From positions 1 to 37,308 of the forward strand of contig JANLPS010000400.1 of NCBI GenBank assembly GCA_031367385.1: a stretch of 37,308 nt of DNA. Reading direction: 5' to 3'. The first letter of the stretch is position 1. Every line of letters starts with the position of its first letter. Origin of the DNA: Archangium sp. GTDB taxonomy: Bacteria; Myxococcota; Myxococcia; Myxococcales; Myxococcaceae. The notes under the pieces were generated by a model, which saw only the letters and a program-made list of their open reading frames with translations, searched no databases and had not been told where the DNA came from. Position numbers and translations under genes: made by a program. Below, in pieces: positions 33,288 through 37,308 of this stretch.

Positions 33288-34091
33288 TCACAGGTGTTCG
33301 CTCGCCAGAAAGGAGTCGATCGCGGCGGCGCTGCTGCTCGGTGCGCTCAAGTGCGGGCAGTGCCCAACGTTTTCGACCACGCTCAACGTGCTGTGCGGCA
33401 AGACTTTGTGAAGGTACTGGCCCACGGTCATCGGAGCGATCAAATCGTCGCTGCACTGAATGATCAGCGTGGGCATGCCGAGCTTGGCAATCTCAGAGCG
33501 CACATCGGTGAGAAAGGTGACCCTCGCAAACTGGGCTGCGATCTCGGGGTCGGTGCGGCAGAAGCTGTTGGTCAGCTCGACCGAGAGCTCAGGCTGTTGG
33601 GCTGCGCCCATGATCACCGGCGCCATGTTCGACGACCAGCCCAGGTAGTTGCCCTCCAAGGTCTCGAGCAGCGAGTCGATGTCGGCGCGGGTGAACCCGC
33701 CCACGTAATCACCGTCGTTGATGTAGCAGGGCGAAGGGCTCAACATGATCTGCGCCGCGAAGCACTCGGGCGCCTTCAGGTTCGCCAGCGCCCCAATCAT
33801 GCCAGAGACCGAGTGACCGACGAAGATCGTGGGGCCTTGGCCGAACTCGCGAACGATCTCGACCACGTCATCGGCGTAGCCATCGAGCGAGGCGTATTTT
33901 TTTCGGTCGTAGGCGGAGAGGTCTGAGTTGCCGCTGCCCACCAGGTCGAAGCGAACGGTGCGGTAGCGTTTCTCATACGCAGGCGCGAGCAGCCGCCACA
34001 TGTTTTGATCGCAGCCAAAACCATGGGCGAAGAGCATGGTCGTCGACCCCTCGCCTGACACCTGCACGTTGTTTCGTTTCTGAACCGACAC
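33288..34091 (-). CDS. rsbQ: RsbQ/KAI2-like alpha/beta hydrolase
   Basis: QKRNNV, HGFGCDQNMW, nucleophile GHSVS, SPCYIND..YVGGF, GHCPHLS. 267 aa from GTG 34091. Confidence 0.9.
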   Translation of the reverse strand: MSVQKRNNVQVSGEGSTTMLFAHGFGCDQNMWRLLAPAYEKRYRTVRFDLVGSGNSDLSAYDRKKYASLDGYADDVVEIVREFGQGPTIFVGHSVSGMIGALANLKAPECFAAQIMLSPSPCYINDGDYVGGFTRADIDSLLETLEGNYLGWSSNMAPVIMGAAQQPELSVELTNSFCRTDPEIAAQFARVTFLTDVRSEIAKLGMPTLIIQCSDDLIAPMTVGQYLHKVLPHSTLSVVENVGHCPHLSAPSSSAAAIDSFLASEHL

Positions 34092-34154
34092 AGGCCAAGT
34101 GTAGTGGCGGGCCAGACGATTCACACCCTCCTTTCCACGTGGCGGGGCCACCGA

Positions 34155-37100
34155 TTACTCGACGCGATCGCCCGCGCATCGCACGCCCACGCCGAAGTCG
34201 ATGTACTCAGGCACCCTCGTGTTCCACCGGTTTGACTGCTGAAAGCGCTCAGACTCGGGCAGCGCCCAAGTGCCACCGGCCACGACTCGAAGCCCCACGT
34301 ACCTGCCCGTCGTGGGCACCGTCGAGGTCCACTCGCTGACGTTGCCTTGCATGTCGATGAGGCCGTACGGCGACACGTCGAGTGGAAAGCTCCCGGCGGG
34401 CACGACTTGTGCGTTGTCGAACGTCTCGGCGAGGTTGGCGCACTTGGGCGCGGCGCAGAGCAGCAGCCGTGACGGCGCGGGGTTCGGCCCACCCGGCAGC
34501 TCGAGCCCGCCGCGATAGGCTTTCTGCCACTCTCCGAGCTTCGGCAGCCGCAGGCCCCAGAAGCGGCAGTACCGCTCGGCCGCTGACGCCGTGAGCGCGG
34601 AGATCGGCAGCGTCGGGCCAGGCGGTTGACCGACCGCCGCCGGGGTGGCGGGCAGCGCGTCTCCGGTCAGCGGCGCGAGGCGATGGTACGGCTCGTATTC
34701 TGCGATCAGGGCCTCGGTGCGCGCGAGCCAGAACTCACCCACTGTGGTGGGCACGCCGGGCTCGCTGTCGCGCTCACCGGGCTCGAGATACGGGCCTGCG
34801 GGTATCTTCACCAACCCCGCCCTCGAGGCCTGGCAGGTCGGCACCGGTATCGAGTACGTCGGTGGCGCGCCGCGCTCGCTGTAGCCAGGCAGCCGCTTCA
34901 AGAAGACCCACGACGGGCCGCAGGCCTCGCCCCCGGCGCCTCGGCCCAGCACTTCGAGAAACGCCGGGCCACTGCGCACCTCGATCGCCTCTTGCAGGTG
35001 CCCATCGACCACCGCTGCGCCGTGCCGAATCACATCGGCCTCGGCGTACACGCGCCCGGGCCGGTCGAGCGAGGTGATGTCGAGCGCGTGCAGCCTCCAT
35101 TCAAGGCGCGGAGGCATCGCGGCGGGTGTGGCGGTGTGCGTCTGCGGCGACCAATCGAAGGGCTCGAGCGACAAGACGAGCTGCCCCATGTCGGCCGCGG
35201 CGAGGGTGATCTGCCGTTGCTGCGCGAGGGTCTCGAGCTGCTTTTGGCGAAAGGCGTACGCCGCGCCAGACGAGAGCACCGCCAGCGCTGAGACTCCGGC
35301 GAAGGCTGCGATGAAACCGCGGCGACGCCGCTTCACCCGCGCCAGCTCGCGGCGATGGCCCGCGTCGAGAAAGGCGCGCTGCCCTGCCGACAACGTCAAC
35401 TTCCACTCCGCCGCGCGCTCGAGAGCTTGTCGCACCGCGGGGCCTGCCCAGGTCTCGTCGTCGCGCCGCCCACGCGAAACCCACAGCGCAGCAGCCTGCT
35501 CGATTTCAGCCGACAGCTTTCGCGCCTCGTGGGTCTCGGTCAGCCACCGCGCCAATGCTGGCCAGTTCGACACCAGCGACTCGTGGGCAAGCTCGATCTG
35601 CGCCTCTTCGTTTTCAGCGGCTCGGCCAGAGACCAGCAGGCGATGCGAGAGCAAGCGGTCGAGCACCACCTCGGCCCTCGGCGCCAGCCCCCGCAGCAAT
35701 TCAGAGCGCGCCCGAGGCCGCCGGGTCGACACGTCGTTGACCAGCTTCAGCATCAACGCGCGGGTCAGCTCTCGCTCTTCAGGCAACGCCTCGGCGAGAA
35801 AGCGCTGGGCGTGCGAGGCGAGCGCTCCTGCGGCGCGGCCAATCGCCTCGTACTCGCGCGTCAGCACCAGACGACGCTCGGTGTCGCGGCGCTCCCACAG
35901 GGCGCGGGCGGCGAACTGCAGCAGCGGTAAGGCCGACGGTTGCCCCTCGAGCTCTGCGGCGATGCGATTGGCCAGGTCTGGCGAGTCGGCGTGGTACCGC
36001 ACCCGCCGCAGCGGAGCGCTCACCGCCTCGGCCAGCGCCGCCCGCCCCAGCGGTGGCAGCACGGTGATGGCGCCCAAGAACGCACGCAGCTCGGGCATCG
36101 CGGCGAAAGCGCTCAAGAAGTCGTCGCGAACCGAAAGCACCACCCGCGCCGAGTGGTCGACCGAGGCCAGGCAGCGCAGCGCCTCGACGGTGGTCTTCGC
36201 TTCGGCTGGGCTCGCGAGCGTGAAGAGCTCTTCGAATTGGTCGACCACCAGCAAAACCCGGGTCGATTGCTCGGTGCTCAGCCGGGTGACGAACGCCTCG
36301 AGGCTGCCGGGGCGCTCGCTCAATGCGTTGAGCACCTCTTCGACTTTCAGCGGGGCCGACTTGCCTGGAGCCGTCGCTCCCAGCGGCGCGGCGTTGACCA
36401 GAGCGTTGGCCAGGCTCCACAGCGGGCGCGACCCCGGGCGGCAGCGCACCACCGCCCACCGGTCTTGCTCACGCAACCGGGGGATGACGCCTGCCTGCAG
36501 AAAGCTGCTCTTGCCGATGCCCGAGGGCCCGGTGAGCGGCACCAGGGGCTCCCGGCGGAGCCGCTCGATGAAGGCATCGATGTCGGCCTCGCGGCCCTGC
36601 AGGTCGGCGGCGTCGGCCTCGCTGAACGCATCGAGGCCGCGGTACGGAGCGCGTTCTTCGGCGCTGCTGGGCAGCCCTTCGAGCATCGCGGCCAACTGCA
36701 GCGCCACCTCGTCAATCGGCGGGCGGTGCTCCGGGGTTGGTGAAAGACAGCGCGCGATGAGTGACGCGCAGGGCTGGGTCGCGACCTTCGGGCCCATCTG
36801 AAGCTCGGTCGGTTTGAAGACGTAGGCGGTCAGCTCGCGATCAGTCAGCGGGCGGCTGCCTTCGATCAGCTCGTGCAGCATCACGCCGATGGCCCACACG
36901 TCCATCGAGGGGTTTGGCGCGGTGCCGACCCAGCGTTCGGGCGCCATGTACGCCGGAGTGCCCGAGGCGGCGGTCGGGCTGCTGCCCATCAGCCGTGCGA
37001 GACCGAAGTCGAGCACCCTCAACCGGCCGTCAGAGGGCACGATGATGTTCTCGGGCTTCAGGTCGGCGTGAATGATCTGGTGCCGGTGCGCCTCGGCGAC

Positions 37101-37307
37101 GCCTTCACAGACCGCCTTGATCAGCCGCATCGCCTCGCGTGGAGACACCGTGCCCGCGTCGAGCCTGCTGCGCAGCGAGTCACCGTCGAGATACTCGAAG
37201 GCGATCCACGGGAGGCCTTGGTAGGCTCCGGCGGCGTACACGGTCACCACGTGGGGGTGGCTCAAGCGCGCGGTGGTGCGCGCCTCGTCGATGAAGCGCT
37301 GCACCGA
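34155..37307 (-). CDS. Ser/Thr protein kinase - STAND (nSTAND1-like) NTPase - TM - FGE/sulfatase-modifying-like domain fusion (5'-truncated)
   Basis: HADLKPEN, DFG, YMAPE; PYRGL, Walker A GPSGIGKSS, Walker B VVDQFEELF, LPLLQF, HESL; TM helix; RLPKLGEWQKA, SPYGLIDMQGNVSEW, GVRC. The frame is open to the window edge. Confidence 0.9.
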   Translation of the reverse strand, partial: SVQRFIDEARTTARLSHPHVVTVYAAGAYQGLPWIAFEYLDGDSLRSRLDAGTVSPREAMRLIKAVCEGVAEAHRHQIIHADLKPENIIVPSDGRLRVLDFGLARLMGSSPTAASGTPAYMAPERWVGTAPNPSMDVWAIGVMLHELIEGSRPLTDRELTAYVFKPTELQMGPKVATQPCASLIARCLSPTPEHRPPIDEVALQLAAMLEGLPSSAEERAPYRGLDAFSEADAADLQGREADIDAFIERLRREPLVPLTGPSGIGKSSFLQAGVIPRLREQDRWAVVRCRPGSRPLWSLANALVNAAPLGATAPGKSAPLKVEEVLNALSERPGSLEAFVTRLSTEQSTRVLLVVDQFEELFTLASPAEAKTTVEALRCLASVDHSARVVLSVRDDFLSAFAAMPELRAFLGAITVLPPLGRAALAEAVSAPLRRVRYHADSPDLANRIAAELEGQPSALPLLQFAARALWERRDTERRLVLTREYEAIGRAAGALASHAQRFLAEALPEERELTRALMLKLVNDVSTRRPRARSELLRGLAPRAEVVLDRLLSHRLLVSGRAAENEEAQIELAHESLVSNWPALARWLTETHEARKLSAEIEQAAALWVSRGRRDDETWAGPAVRQALERAAEWKLTLSAGQRAFLDAGHRRELARVKRRRRGFIAAFAGVSALAVLSSGAAYAFRQKQLETLAQQRQITLAAADMGQLVLSLEPFDWSPQTHTATPAAMPPRLEWRLHALDITSLDRPGRVYAEADVIRHGAAVVDGHLQEAIEVRSGPAFLEVLGRGAGGEACGPSWVFLKRLPGYSERGAPPTYSIPVPTCQASRAGLVKIPAGPYLEPGERDSEPGVPTTVGEFWLARTEALIAEYEPYHRLAPLTGDALPATPAAVGQPPGPTLPISALTASAAERYCRFWGLRLPKLGEWQKAYRGGLELPGGPNPAPSRLLLCAAPKCANLAETFDNAQVVPAGSFPLDVSPYGLIDMQGNVSEWTSTVPTTGRYVGLRVVAGGTWALPESERFQQSNRWNTRVPEYIDFGVGVRCAGDRVE

Positions 37308-37308
37308 T

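Noticed and set aside
34155..34900. Diversity-generating retroelement target (FGE/CLec-fold C-terminus)
   Set aside because: No template repeat copy of the 3' end and no reverse transcriptase in the window.
35074..36801. Long antisense ORFs (also 9817..11001, 5864..6979, 11514..12554, 25262..26371, 28232..29299)
   Set aside because: Typical high-GC shadow ORFs opposite well-supported genes, with no recognisable motifs.

Overview
High-GC, gene-dense chromosomal window that looks myxobacterial (phylum Myxococcota, inferred from FrgA-like, MtsC-like and MYXO-CTERM proteins, DAG-linker lipoproteins, ECF/FecR modules and a STAND Ser/Thr kinase). About 28 CDS are supported, two of them truncated at the window edges. 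I saw no rRNA, tRNA, CRISPR array, transposase or prophage gene. Housekeeping-type genes (astD-like, argB, cls, MsbA-like ABC exporter, dnaJ) are interleaved with accessory signalling and surface modules. The best leads lie in non-coding DNA. (1) The same GGGAAGG-N15-GGAAA motif sits upstream of an ECF sigma/FecR pair and upstream of a divergent, isolated mtsC-like thrombospondin gene, suggesting a small surface-signalling regulon. (2) A divergent sigma54 locus has two phased 18-bp palindromes between a GAF-type enhancer-binding protein and an unusual thioredoxin-fold fusion, in which the canonical CxxC is lost and a CPTC appears at the cis-Pro loop. (3) A leader with an SD-sequestering hairpin precedes an uncharacterised helical protein. 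(4) A small lipoprotein may combine a Kunitz-like motif with a subtilase-propeptide-like domain. (5) Two unrelated REP-like repeat families are present. All family calls come from reading motifs by eye; no database searches were run.
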